From Sphingomonadales bacterium (GTDB lineage: Bacteria; Bacteroidota; Bacteroidia; Chitinophagales; Chitinophagaceae): a DNA stretch of 64,000 nt. This document shows positions 47,532-56,314 of the stretch, piece by piece; position 1 is the stretch's first letter; the number at the start of each line of letters is the position of its first letter. The notes under the pieces are model-generated. The model had not been told where the DNA came from, did not search any database, and saw only the letters and a program-made list of their open reading frames with translations. The position numbers were made by a program, and so were the translations under genes. Where the stretch lies: assembly GCA_016872155.1 (NCBI GenBank), contig VHBB01000001.1, positions 153,007 through 217,006 of the forward strand, written 5' to 3'.

Positions 47532-48806
47532 TTATACCACTACCAGTTCGTAGAATGCATCAGGTTGCAAGTAACGATTGGCTAGTGCTTGCAAATCGGC
47601 GGCTGATGCCGTTTTGATCGTCCGGATGGTATCGTAAAAATAGTTTTCATCAAGCCCGTGCAAGATTAGATTCTTCCAGCGTCCCACCAGTTGAAAGGGA
47701 CCGTCCAGATCGCCCAGGAGTCCTCCCATCATATAATTTCGAACTAACAATAACTCGTCTTCATCGATGGGCTCATTGCGTAAGCGCTCCATCTCGCGGT
47801 ACACCTCTGTAAGGGTTGCTTCTGTAACCTCAGTTCCCGCTTCGGTACTGATCATCCAAGCGCCTTCTTGTTGTAGATTCAAAAGATAGCTATGAATACC
47901 GTACGTATAACCCTTGTCTTCACGAATATTACTCATTAATCGAGAACCAAAGAAGCCACCGAATACCGCATTGAGCAATTGTACCGGAATAAAGTCAGGA
48001 TGATGTCGATTTGGAAAAGGACGCGCCAATCGAATGGCTCCTTGCACACCTTGTGGATCGTTGTTGATTCGGTATTTTTTTTGGGTGGCAGGTTCGATCG
48101 AATGCAAGGGACAGGTACGTGGAGCGCCGGGCAGATCACCAAAATATCGATTAAGCTGTGAAAGCAAGCCCTTAGGGATCTTGCCGGCCACGAACAAGAT
48201 CGGTTGCGCCTGCCGGTAATGCGTTTCGTAAAATTGTAGCAACGTAGAACGCTCCAGCGCATCAAAAGCTTCGGCCGAACTGAATTTGCCATAGGGATGA
48301 TCACTGCCAAATAAATACGTATCGATCAAACGGCCTGCTACAAAATCGGCTTTGCGAAGATTGACCTCGAGTCGTTGCTTCATATTTTGCCGATACAACT
48401 GCAATTCATCTTCTGGCATTACTGCATCGATCACTAATTCTCTGACCAACGGAAGCAATGCCTCGATATGTCTTGACATGCAATGCAAGGTCATCAAAGC
48501 CTGTTCGTTAAAACAACTTCGATTCAAATAAGCGCCATAGTAATCGATTGCCTCGTTGATCTGTAAGGCTGTTTTGGTACTGGTGCCATTTCGGAGCAAG
48601 AAATTGACGGTGGCCGCCACCAAATTCTGGGTTTCGTAGCTATTGCCCGCGGGGTATATCCACTCAAGTTGCAAGACCTCTTCTGCACCGGCATCGATCA
48701 TATAGACGGGCGTGCCATTATCTAGGGTGGCGCGTGTGACCGGCTTCAAGTGAAGCTGGTAAGCAACAGCATCGACAATAGGAGGGGCCTGGGTTCTGTT
48801 CAACAT
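47532..48806 (-). CDS. M16 family peptidase-like protein lacking the HxxEH zinc motif (non-catalytic partner)
   Basis: 424 aa with an insulinase fold. The position of the zinc motif reads LVAATVNFLLRNGT, with no HxxEH. Confidence 0.75.
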   Translation of the reverse strand: MLNRTQAPPIVDAVAYQLHLKPVTRATLDNGTPVYMIDAGAEEVLQLEWIYPAGNSYETQNLVAATVNFLLRNGTSTKTALQINEAIDYYGAYLNRSCFNEQALMTLHCMSRHIEALLPLVRELVIDAVMPEDELQLYRQNMKQRLEVNLRKADFVAGRLIDTYLFGSDHPYGKFSSAEAFDALERSTLLQFYETHYRQAQPILFVAGKIPKGLLSQLNRYFGDLPGAPRTCPLHSIEPATQKKYRINNDPQGVQGAIRLARPFPNRHHPDFIPVQLLNAVFGGFFGSRLMSNIREDKGYTYGIHSYLLNLQQEGAWMISTEAGTEVTEATLTEVYREMERLRNEPIDEDELLLVRNYMMGGLLGDLDGPFQLVGRWKNLILHGLDENYFYDTIRTIKTASAADLQALANRYLQPDAFYELVVV

Positions 48807-48825
48807 AATAATTTGACTCGAGGGT

Positions 48826-50064
48826 TTAACTCGAGGCCATATAATAGAGGGTATTCGAATTTTCTTCTCTAAAAATTGTACGGGCCTGTTCCCGAATGGC
48901 CGCTGCCGTTACCGCTTCGTACTTACCAAGCTCACTATTCATCTCGGCCGCATCGCCCAGCAATTCGTAATAAGCCAGGCTGGCGGCTCGGCTCATTACA
49001 CTCATATCTTCAAAAGCGATCATACTTTCGGTTTTGTTCTTTACTTTCTGTACTTCGTTTTCACCAATAAGATCGTCCATAACTTTTTGTAGTTGCCCGG
49101 TTAAGGCCTGTTCTGCTTTTTCTATCGACACGCCCTTTACCAGTTTTCCCTCTATAGCCAGCAAGCCAGGATCGCTGCTGGCAAAATGATAACAATCGAT
49201 ACTACTGAACAGCTGTTGCTCTTTTACAAGGGTGTGATACAAGCGAGAAGAAGCGCCGCCGCCTAAAATATCAGTGAGCAGATCGGTGGCATGATAAGAT
49301 GCGTCTTGACGTGCTCCCATATGCCAGGTCTTGCAGAGCATATCGAGCGGTACGGATGCTTCAATAGTCAGATGGCGTGCTGCGGTCTGCTTCGGTTCGG
49401 TAGCAAGCGATCGGTTGTATACGGTACCCGAAGGAATATCGCCGAACCATTTTTCGGCCAGACTCTTTACGCGTGTCGTATCGACGGCTCCGGCTACCAC
49501 CAAGATGGCATTGCAGGGCGTATAGTGTTTAAAGAAAAAAGATTTTACCTGCTGCAGGGTGGCCTTCTCGATATGCGATAATTCTTTACCAATGGTCATC
49601 CAGCGATAGGGATGTACCTGGTAGGCCAGCTCGCGCATTTTATGCCAGGTATCTCCATAGGGCTTGTTCAGGTAATGTTCTTTGAATTCCTCGCATACTA
49701 CCTTGCGCTGGGTCGCGAGACTTTTTTCAGAAAAAGCCAGCGACAGCATGCGATCGCTCTCGAGCCAAAAAGCAGTTTCCAAATTATCGGCGGGTAGCTG
49801 AATATAATAATTGGTGAGGTCATTGGTCGTATAGGCATTGTTCTCTCCTCCGGCCATTTGCAGCGGTTCGTCGTAATCCGGAATTTGAAGCGAGCCCCCG
49901 AACATAAGATGTTCGAAGAGGTGCGCAAAACCGGTGTGCTGCGGATCTTCATCGCGGGCCCCAACGTTGTACAACACGTTGACAACGGCCATAGGGGTAG
50001 AGGGATCGGGATGGACCAGCACCCGCAACCCGTTCGATAAGGTAAACCGTTCAAATTGAATCAT
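48826..50064 (-). CDS. M16 family zinc peptidase (insulinase-like)
   Basis: HLFEHLMF (HxxEH) zinc motif. ATG 50064 (MIQFERFTLSNG) is preferred because the -7 box at 50074-50081 lies inside the longer track ORF. Confidence 0.85.
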   Translation of the reverse strand: MIQFERFTLSNGLRVLVHPDPSTPMAVVNVLYNVGARDEDPQHTGFAHLFEHLMFGGSLQIPDYDEPLQMAGGENNAYTTNDLTNYYIQLPADNLETAFWLESDRMLSLAFSEKSLATQRKVVCEEFKEHYLNKPYGDTWHKMRELAYQVHPYRWMTIGKELSHIEKATLQQVKSFFFKHYTPCNAILVVAGAVDTTRVKSLAEKWFGDIPSGTVYNRSLATEPKQTAARHLTIEASVPLDMLCKTWHMGARQDASYHATDLLTDILGGGASSRLYHTLVKEQQLFSSIDCYHFASSDPGLLAIEGKLVKGVSIEKAEQALTGQLQKVMDDLIGENEVQKVKNKTESMIAFEDMSVMSRAASLAYYELLGDAAEMNSELGKYEAVTAAAIREQARTIFREENSNTLYYMASS

Positions 50065-50073
50065 AGCAAAGAG

Positions 50074-50081
50074 CAAAGGTA
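50074..50081 (-). promoter_or_regulatory. -7 promoter box TACCTTTG for the M16 peptidase pair
   Basis: Exact TAnnTTTG, 9 nt upstream of ATG 50064. Confidence 0.4.
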
Positions 50082-50128
50082 ACCCCAGGCTGGTCAACAA
50101 CTAACACCCTTTTATTGTTATCTAGCAA

Positions 50129-50136
50129 TACCTTTG
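50129..50136 (+). promoter_or_regulatory. -7 promoter box TACCTTTG, 4 nt from the ATG of the MqnC/E-type gene (predicted leaderless)
   Basis: Reads TACCTTTG-CGCC-ATG. Confidence 0.45.
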
Positions 50137-50140
50137 CGCC

Positions 50141-51265
50141 ATGCAAACCGAACAATTGTTACAAAAGGCCCTGCAATTTGAGTTTTTATCGAAAGAAGAG
50201 GGCATTTGGCTCTTTACTGAGGCATCGTTGGCCGAATTAATGTGGGTGGCCGACGAGCTTAGAAAAAAGCAGGTGCCGCACGGTAAGGTCACCTGGCAGA
50301 TCGATCGCAATGTAAATACCACCAATGTCTGTATTGCCAACTGTAAGTTTTGCAATTTCTATCGCATTCCCGGCCATCCCGAAGCCTATATCACCACCAT
50401 GGATACCTATCGCGAAAAGATCCGTGAGACCATTCGCTATGGTGGTGACCAGTTATTGCTACAAGGAGGTCATCACCCCGAACTGGGTCTGCGGTTCTAT
50501 GTAGATCTGTTTCGTCAGATCAAAACCGAATTTCCTGATATTCGACTTCATGCACTAGGCCCGCCCGAAGTAGCGCATATTACCAAGCTCGAAAAGAGTA
50601 CGCATCACGACGTACTCAACGCACTCAAAGGCGCCGGTATGGACTCGCTGCCCGGAGCCGGCGCAGAAATACTGGTCGATCGGGTTCGCCGATTGGTTTC
50701 GAATGGCAAATGCGGAGCGCAGGAGTGGCTTGACGTAATGCACGAAGCGCATAAGCTCTATATTCCTACATCGGCTACTATGATGTTCGGCCATGTGGAA
50801 ACCATCGAAGAGCGGTTCGAACATTTGATCAAATTGCGCGAGGTGCAGGCAAAAAAACCAAGCGATTCCAAAGGATTTTTGGCCTTTATTCCCTGGACCT
50901 TTCAAGATGTCGATACGTTGTTGGCCGAGGTAAGAGGCGTGCAAAATTTAACGACCCGCGAAGAATATATTCGAATGATCGCGATCAGCAGGATCATGCT
51001 GCCCAATATCATCAATATCCAGGCCAGTTGGCTAACCGTTGGTAAAGAAACGGCCGGGGCTTGTTTACAGGCGGGCGCTAACGACTATGGCTCTATTATG
51101 ATAGAAGAAAATGTGGTCAGCGCAGCCGGTGCCCCTCACCGCTTTACCTATAAGACCATACAAGAAGCAATTCGCGAAGCCGGATTCGAACCCCAACTGC
51201 GCAATCAAGAATATGCATTCAGAGATATTCCTGCGCATATCGAAGAACAGGTTATCAACTACTAA
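50141..51265 (+). CDS. radical SAM enzyme of the MqnC/MqnE (CofH-like) family, futalosine-route menaquinone biosynthesis
   Basis: 374 aa with the CIANCKFC (CxxxCxxC) cluster, LLLQGGHHPEL and ATMMFGHVET. I cannot separate MqnC from MqnE by eye. Confidence 0.75.
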   Translation: MQTEQLLQKALQFEFLSKEEGIWLFTEASLAELMWVADELRKKQVPHGKVTWQIDRNVNTTNVCIANCKFCNFYRIPGHPEAYITTMDTYREKIRETIRYGGDQLLLQGGHHPELGLRFYVDLFRQIKTEFPDIRLHALGPPEVAHITKLEKSTHHDVLNALKGAGMDSLPGAGAEILVDRVRRLVSNGKCGAQEWLDVMHEAHKLYIPTSATMMFGHVETIEERFEHLIKLREVQAKKPSDSKGFLAFIPWTFQDVDTLLAEVRGVQNLTTREEYIRMIAISRIMLPNIINIQASWLTVGKETAGACLQAGANDYGSIMIEENVVSAAGAPHRFTYKTIQEAIREAGFEPQLRNQEYAFRDIPAHIEEQVINY

Positions 51266-51307
51266 TAACAGGCGTTACAAAGCCACCCTGCTGAGCAAGA
51301 TCAATAG

Positions 51308-51487
51308 CAGGGCTTATTACCATCAGCGCTACACCCTAGCTATCGCTACTACCTTGTCGGAATAACCGCTACGGCCCTTGGTAAAAGATGCATGTTCATT
51401 CATCATGATGTAACGCTGGCCAGTAATGAATCTAGTTATTGCACAGGAGCCGAGTTTACGGCAGATGGGGGACTCACCGCACAATAG
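51308..51487 (+). pseudogene. orphan 3' remnant of an SDR-family gene
   Basis: The frame ending at TAG 51485-51487 translates to ...ALGKRCMFIHHDVTLASNESSYCTGAEFTADGGLTAQ*. This is the characteristic SDR C-terminus (LASxESSYxTGxxxxxDGGxTA). There is no start codon and no upstream SDR body. Confidence 0.5.
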
Positions 51488-51500
51488 CCAGGGCTTATGC

Positions 51501-51508
51501 TATCTTTG
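51501..51508 (+). promoter_or_regulatory. -7 promoter box TATCTTTG for pdxH
   Basis: Exact TAnnTTTG, 17 nt upstream of ATG 51526 and 13 nt after the stop of the SDR remnant. Confidence 0.4.
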
Positions 51509-51525
51509 AGCAGTAAACCTTTATT

Positions 51526-52170
51526 ATGGCATCCAGTATTGCGGAACTTAGAAAAGAGTATACCCTTCGCGCGCTCATCGAGGGCGAGGTCCACGCATCT
51601 CCGATCGAACAATTTACAAGCTGGTGGAACCAGGCACTCGAATCGAAGATCGAAGAAGTAAATGCCATGGCACTCTCAACGCTCAGTCAAGAAGGTCTTC
51701 CGGAGTCAAGGATCGTTTTGTTAAAAGGATACAGCGCAGAAGGATTTATCTTTTTTACCAACTATCAAAGTAGCAAAGGCACTCAATTGCAGCAAAACGC
51801 CCACTGCTCGTTATTATTTTTTTGGAAAGAGCTCGAAAGGCAAGTACGAATAAGCGGCAAGGCCAAAAAAATTTCAGAACAAGAGAGTGATGCCTATTTT
51901 AACAGCAGACCCGAAGGCAGTAAGATCGGAGCCTGGGCTTCTCCACAAAGTAGCGTGGTAGAGAGTCAAGAATGGCTTACAGAAAACTTTGAAAAAATAA
52001 AAAACAAGTATACCCATACTGCCATTCCCCGTCCATCGCACTGGGGTGGGTTTATCGTTCAGCCCGCTGCGATCGAATTTTGGCAAGGAAGACCCAGCCG
52101 TATGCACGACAGAATACGCTACAGCGCTTCAGCGACTGGCGAGTGGAAAATTGAGCGTCTGGCCCCCTGA
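51526..52170 (+). CDS. pdxH: pyridoxamine 5'-phosphate oxidase
   Basis: 214 aa with RIVLLKGY and the C-terminal IEFWQGRPSRMHDRIRY signature. Confidence 0.9.
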   Translation: MASSIAELRKEYTLRALIEGEVHASPIEQFTSWWNQALESKIEEVNAMALSTLSQEGLPESRIVLLKGYSAEGFIFFTNYQSSKGTQLQQNAHCSLLFFWKELERQVRISGKAKKISEQESDAYFNSRPEGSKIGAWASPQSSVVESQEWLTENFEKIKNKYTHTAIPRPSHWGGFIVQPAAIEFWQGRPSRMHDRIRYSASATGEWKIERLAP

Positions 52171-52198
52171 ACCCACGCCAATAAAAAAGTCTTGTTGA

Positions 52199-53095
52199 TT
52201 ATTGAACGTTCTTGAGACTAAGCTCCGAGATCAAGTCCATTACTTCGGCCAACGATTGCTTAAAGCTGACCCCTTCTGGAACCGCTTTTTTGTAGTAAAG
52301 GGTTTGAGAACCCGACACGACCGTAGGTGTTCCGGCAAAATGCAAGGAGATCTTGTTCAAAAATTTATCCATCGAAAAATTCGAGGCCGTTGAGGTAAGA
52401 TGCGAAAAAATAACGTTGGGTTGTTTAAGCCGAACCACATAGGCTACATCTTTAATAGGAACATTCGCCCCCAGGTAAATGGTGGCGATACCGCGACTCT
52501 TCATTAAATAATTCAAGAATAGAAGCCCTAGTTCGTGGTATTCTCCCTCGGGCAAAAACAGCATGACTAGTTGCTTGGAGTTGACCGGTAGGGGGGTGCG
52601 ATCGAGGGCAACCAATAATTTTTGTCGGATCACATTGGTCACCAAATGCTCTTGGGCAGGATTGATGTGACCGGTCAGCCATAGAATACCGATCTTCTCT
52701 AAGAACGGGAATATCAATTTAAGAACGGTGCGCTCTACCCCTTTTTGCTCAAAATGTTCTCCTAGCACCCGATCGATCTTATCGACCTTTAGGTCGATCA
52801 TTTCCTGAACCAGCTCGTTGACGTTTCTTTCCTGTACGGCTTGCGTGTCGGTAAGTTGCAGGATTCGCTGTTGCATCTCAGCGGCGTCCATACGGTCAAT
52901 GTGCGAGATCTTGTACCCATACTTGTTGAGTAAAGAAATGTTAAGTACGGTCTTGAGTTCTTCGTTGGTATAGTAGCGAATATTAGTTTCGGTGCGCTGG
53001 GGTTTCAAGAAGCTATAACGCTGTTCCCAGATCCGGATCGTGTGCGCTTTAATGCCCGTCAGATTCTCCAAGTCCTTTATAGTAAACGCATTCAT
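52199..53095 (-). CDS. MerR-family regulator with CarH/LitR-type cobalamin-binding photoreceptor module
   Basis: 298 aa from ATG 53095. N-terminal MerR HTH (FTIKDLENLTGIKAHTIRIWEQRY). Also W139-x9-E149-H150 (WLTGHINPAQEH) and E185-x-H187-x-x-G190 (EYHELG) B12 motifs. Confidence 0.75.
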   Translation of the reverse strand: MNAFTIKDLENLTGIKAHTIRIWEQRYSFLKPQRTETNIRYYTNEELKTVLNISLLNKYGYKISHIDRMDAAEMQQRILQLTDTQAVQERNVNELVQEMIDLKVDKIDRVLGEHFEQKGVERTVLKLIFPFLEKIGILWLTGHINPAQEHLVTNVIRQKLLVALDRTPLPVNSKQLVMLFLPEGEYHELGLLFLNYLMKSRGIATIYLGANVPIKDVAYVVRLKQPNVIFSHLTSTASNFSMDKFLNKISLHFAGTPTVVSGSQTLYYKKAVPEGVSFKQSLAEVMDLISELSLKNVQ

Positions 53096-53333
53096 GCCAT
53101 TACTACAATCCCTGCGCAAAAAAGTTCTCGCTGAATGGAGCGGGAAACAGAATTAGGCAATCTTTTTATTGATTATCATCACTTTATATATAAAATATTA
53201 TAAAGAGATCGCCCCAAAAATTGCTTGCCACCGGCTTTTGCGCCTATTGTCATCAATGATAAGCTGAGACAGGTCAGGGTTAGGTAGGCAAAGGGTCATT
53301 GAAAAAGGACAAAAATAGAAGTAGCTTAGAGCT

Positions 53334-53558
53334 ATGAAAAATATTACAAAACTATTGGTGGCACTGGGGGCCGGTTTAGCAATTGGGGGCGTAGTAGGCG
53401 TTCTTTTTGCTCCTCGAAAAGGAAAAGAAACTCGTGAAAAGATAAAAGAGGATAGTTCGAGGCTCAAATCAAAACTTAGCGAAAAACTGTCGTGGGGAAA
53501 AGAGAAAGTGGCAGAACAACTAAGCAAAGCGGACCGACATGTAGATGAGTTGATTTGA
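53334..53558 (+). CDS. YtxH domain protein
   Basis: 74 aa. N-terminal TM helix, then the GVLFAPRKGKETREKIKE YtxH signature. Confidence 0.75.
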   Translation: MKNITKLLVALGAGLAIGGVVGVLFAPRKGKETREKIKEDSSRLKSKLSEKLSWGKEKVAEQLSKADRHVDELI

Positions 53559-53609
53559 GCATCGACCTACGTGCCACAGACCCTACTAACCCACCTTTCA
53601 AAACTGCCT

Positions 53610-53972
53610 ATGTCCGAAGAGCTTACTCGAATCGAAGCCTTGGTCGAAAAATTAAAGAATTACCTCAACACCCGACTGGCCGAATTGAAATTATCGACAG
53701 CCGAAAAAACGGCCCGGGTACTTTCGGTACTGGTTTCTGTACTGTTGGCGGCCTTGGTCTTCTTTCTTTTTCTGACTATTCTGATGATCGGAATAGCGCT
53801 ATTGATCGGAGAATGGTTGCACAGCTACTGGCTGGGGTTCTTTATTACCGCAGGGATTCTATTGGTCTTTGCGGGTCTTGGATGGCAAAGCCGTGACCGC
53901 TGGTTACGCATCCCCATCATGAATTTACTACTGGCCATTTTTTTCAATGACAAGGGTGATGAAGCGCATTAA
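53610..53972 (+). CDS. holin-X/phage-holin-family-like two-TM membrane protein
   Basis: About 120 aa from ATG 53610. An amphipathic N-terminus followed by two long TM helices, an architecture usually annotated as phage holin family. Confidence 0.5.
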   Translation: MSEELTRIEALVEKLKNYLNTRLAELKLSTAEKTARVLSVLVSVLLAALVFFLFLTILMIGIALLIGEWLHSYWLGFFITAGILLVFAGLGWQSRDRWLRIPIMNLLLAIFFNDKGDEAH

Positions 53973-54282
53973 AACCCTGCAAGACCTCGAGTACGAAAAA
54001 ATGCGGCTTCGGCTGCTGCGGCTGGAACAAGAAAAATCCATCCGACAAGACTGGAATGCGCTTATGTTATCGACGGCCGGCCCCATGCTGCTCCGACAAA
54101 CCATAGATAAGGTGGTGGGCGAAAAGACCCATTCTTCTGATTGGTTTACAGGTCTCTTACAAGTCGCCACCGCAGCGGTAGGAGAAAAGCTGGGAACGCT
54201 TACCGGACAAAAAATTGAAACAACCCTAAACAGTTTATTGAGACTAGCACTGGAGGCGCGGAGAAATAAAAGAAAAACCTAA
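53947..54282 (+). CDS. hypothetical coiled-coil protein (third gene of YtxH trio)
   Basis: 111 aa with a heptad-like N-terminus (LQDLEYEKMRLRLLRLEQEK). It overlaps the preceding gene by 26 nt. Confidence 0.45.
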   Translation: MTRVMKRIKTLQDLEYEKMRLRLLRLEQEKSIRQDWNALMLSTAGPMLLRQTIDKVVGEKTHSSDWFTGLLQVATAAVGEKLGTLTGQKIETTLNSLLRLALEARRNKRKT

Positions 54283-54330
54283 AACCACTACGGATTTCTT
54301 TTATATTTAAGGTTCAACTTTTTGCGTCCG

Positions 54331-56271
54331 ATGCCCCGCTCCAAAGCACAAACTTTAAAAAGGCCTGCCCATCAAGAGACAGCAATCGCCAAACTTCGCG
54401 ATGCCAACTTGCTGCTCGGACAGCAAAAGAAAAAACTGGAGCAAGAACTCTACGAAGCGCGATTCCACTTAAACACCGTTCTCGAGATCAACGATACGGT
54501 TCATTACCTGGTATATCCCCAACATCCCGAAAAGAATTTTTTTTCGCCCCGGTGGGAAAAGGTATTAGGTTTTGCCCCTCGAAAAACCCAGTACCCCTTA
54601 CAAGAGAAGAAGCATCACGTGGTACTCGATTCCCTCTCTTATTACGAGAACGGCCTAGAGGAGTTACGCAAAAAAGAAAAGATCTGCTTTAAATACCAAT
54701 ACCAGCATCCCCGGTCAGGTAAGATCCTTTGGTTGCAAGAAGAGATCGCGCTCAAATACGATATCCTAAACGACCAAGAGGTTTGGTCAGGTACGGTAAC
54801 AGATATTAGCGAAGCTGAATTCTTTAAAGAATATATTGCCGAGAGCGAAAAAAGATTCAAAAGTATTACGGATGCGCTTCCCATTATGATCTGGGTAACG
54901 GACCAAGAAGATAACATAACCTACTTTAACGATAAGTCCTACTCGTTTTTTGATGTTAAGAAAGGGCAGCCATTGCGGTTGGCCGACTTTGGGCCGATCA
55001 TTGACCCTCACCACAAAGAGCATGCTTTTGCCGAGTGGGACCGACAAAAAGAAAAGCAACTTCCCTTGCACCTCGAAGTGCTAATTACCGACAGGCATAA
55101 CACGAAAAGATACCTGGCCATAGAAGCCATCCCTCGAATACTTCCGGGCGGACAATGGATCGGCTATATCGGTGGCGCTTTTGACCTTAGCAAAGAATAT
55201 CAATACAAGCAAGGAATGGAGAGCGCCTTCTCGCTACTTAAATCGAGCGAAGAAAAGTACAGAAAGCTTTTCGAGAATATGCAGTTGGGTGTTGCAGAAG
55301 TAGATGAGCAAGAAAAGATTCGATACGCCAACGATGTCTTCTTGAAGATGTGCGGATATAGTCTCGAAGAAATAGTAGGTAAAAAAGCCGGGCGTTTGTT
55401 CTGTGGAAACAAAGAAAGTGAGGCCATCCTAAAAAAGCAACACGAAATAAGAAAGCAAGGGATTGAGTCGGCCTACGAACTGCAATTCAAAAAAAAGGAT
55501 GGCACAAGGGCTTCGGTCATTATCAGCGGTACCCCGTTATTCGACAGCAAGGGCAAGGTAAAGGGTTCGGTCGGTATTCACTGGGATGTTACTGAGGTAC
55601 GAAACATGGAAAAAACCCTACTCGAAAGCAAGATCAGCAAAGAGAAAGAACTCATCGAAGCCAAACTAAGGGCCGAAGAAGAGCAACGCGTGCAAATTGG
55701 TCGCGATCTGCACGATGGTGTCGGGCAAGTACTGGCTTACCTAACTATGCAGCTGGGGATGGTCAAAATAAAAAATTCCTTTTCGGCAACCGAACTGGAA
55801 CAGCTCGAAAAATCAGCACGAACTGCCCTCGAGCAGGTGCGTTCACTTTCCAGAACACTGGCCCCCCCGGCTCTTAGGGACCTCGGACTTCGAGAAGCCG
55901 TTCGAGAACTGATCGACAGCTATGCGATACTAAAAAAGCCGGTCTTTGCAGTAGACCTCTATCGGCAAACCGAGGATTATAATCTAAGCCTCGATAAAAA
56001 GACTGTCGTCTATCGCATCTTACAAGAGTTGTTAGCCAATAGCTTAAAACATGCCAAGGCCAACAAGATCAGTATCAGGCTTTACTTCGACCAGAAGTGC
56101 TTTCACCTGCACTATGCCGATGACGGAAAAGGATTTGACCCGCAAACTGTAAAAAAAGGAATTGGGCTGGAATCAATTCGATCGAGGGTCGACTTTTACA
56201 AAGGTTCCACGGTTTTTACGGCCACGCCCGGTAAGGGATGCAGTATCGTTATTCAAATTCCAATTACCTGA
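54331..56271 (+). CDS. PAS-domain sensor histidine kinase (HisKA_3/NarL-partner type)
   Basis: Two PAS-like segments, H-box GRDLHDGVGQ and a C-terminal HATPase (DDGKGF, GIGL). ATG 54331 is preferred to the track TTG at 54322. Confidence 0.8.
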   Translation: MPRSKAQTLKRPAHQETAIAKLRDANLLLGQQKKKLEQELYEARFHLNTVLEINDTVHYLVYPQHPEKNFFSPRWEKVLGFAPRKTQYPLQEKKHHVVLDSLSYYENGLEELRKKEKICFKYQYQHPRSGKILWLQEEIALKYDILNDQEVWSGTVTDISEAEFFKEYIAESEKRFKSITDALPIMIWVTDQEDNITYFNDKSYSFFDVKKGQPLRLADFGPIIDPHHKEHAFAEWDRQKEKQLPLHLEVLITDRHNTKRYLAIEAIPRILPGGQWIGYIGGAFDLSKEYQYKQGMESAFSLLKSSEEKYRKLFENMQLGVAEVDEQEKIRYANDVFLKMCGYSLEEIVGKKAGRLFCGNKESEAILKKQHEIRKQGIESAYELQFKKKDGTRASVIISGTPLFDSKGKVKGSVGIHWDVTEVRNMEKTLLESKISKEKELIEAKLRAEEEQRVQIGRDLHDGVGQVLAYLTMQLGMVKIKNSFSATELEQLEKSARTALEQVRSLSRTLAPPALRDLGLREAVRELIDSYAILKKPVFAVDLYRQTEDYNLSLDKKTVVYRILQELLANSLKHAKANKISIRLYFDQKCFHLHYADDGKGFDPQTVKKGIGLESIRSRVDFYKGSTVFTATPGKGCSIVIQIPIT

Positions 56272-56314
56272 CCTTGTTTACCCTTTACCCGATTTACCGA
56301 ACTGCCATACGCAC

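Noticed and set aside
53182-53205. The inverted repeat CTTTATA-N10-TATAAAG, considered as a definite CarH operator.
   Set aside because: It is kept only as a hint inside the CarH finding. It lies in a very AT-rich stretch where 7-bp complementary arms arise easily. It also does not resemble the direct-repeat operators I recall for CarH.
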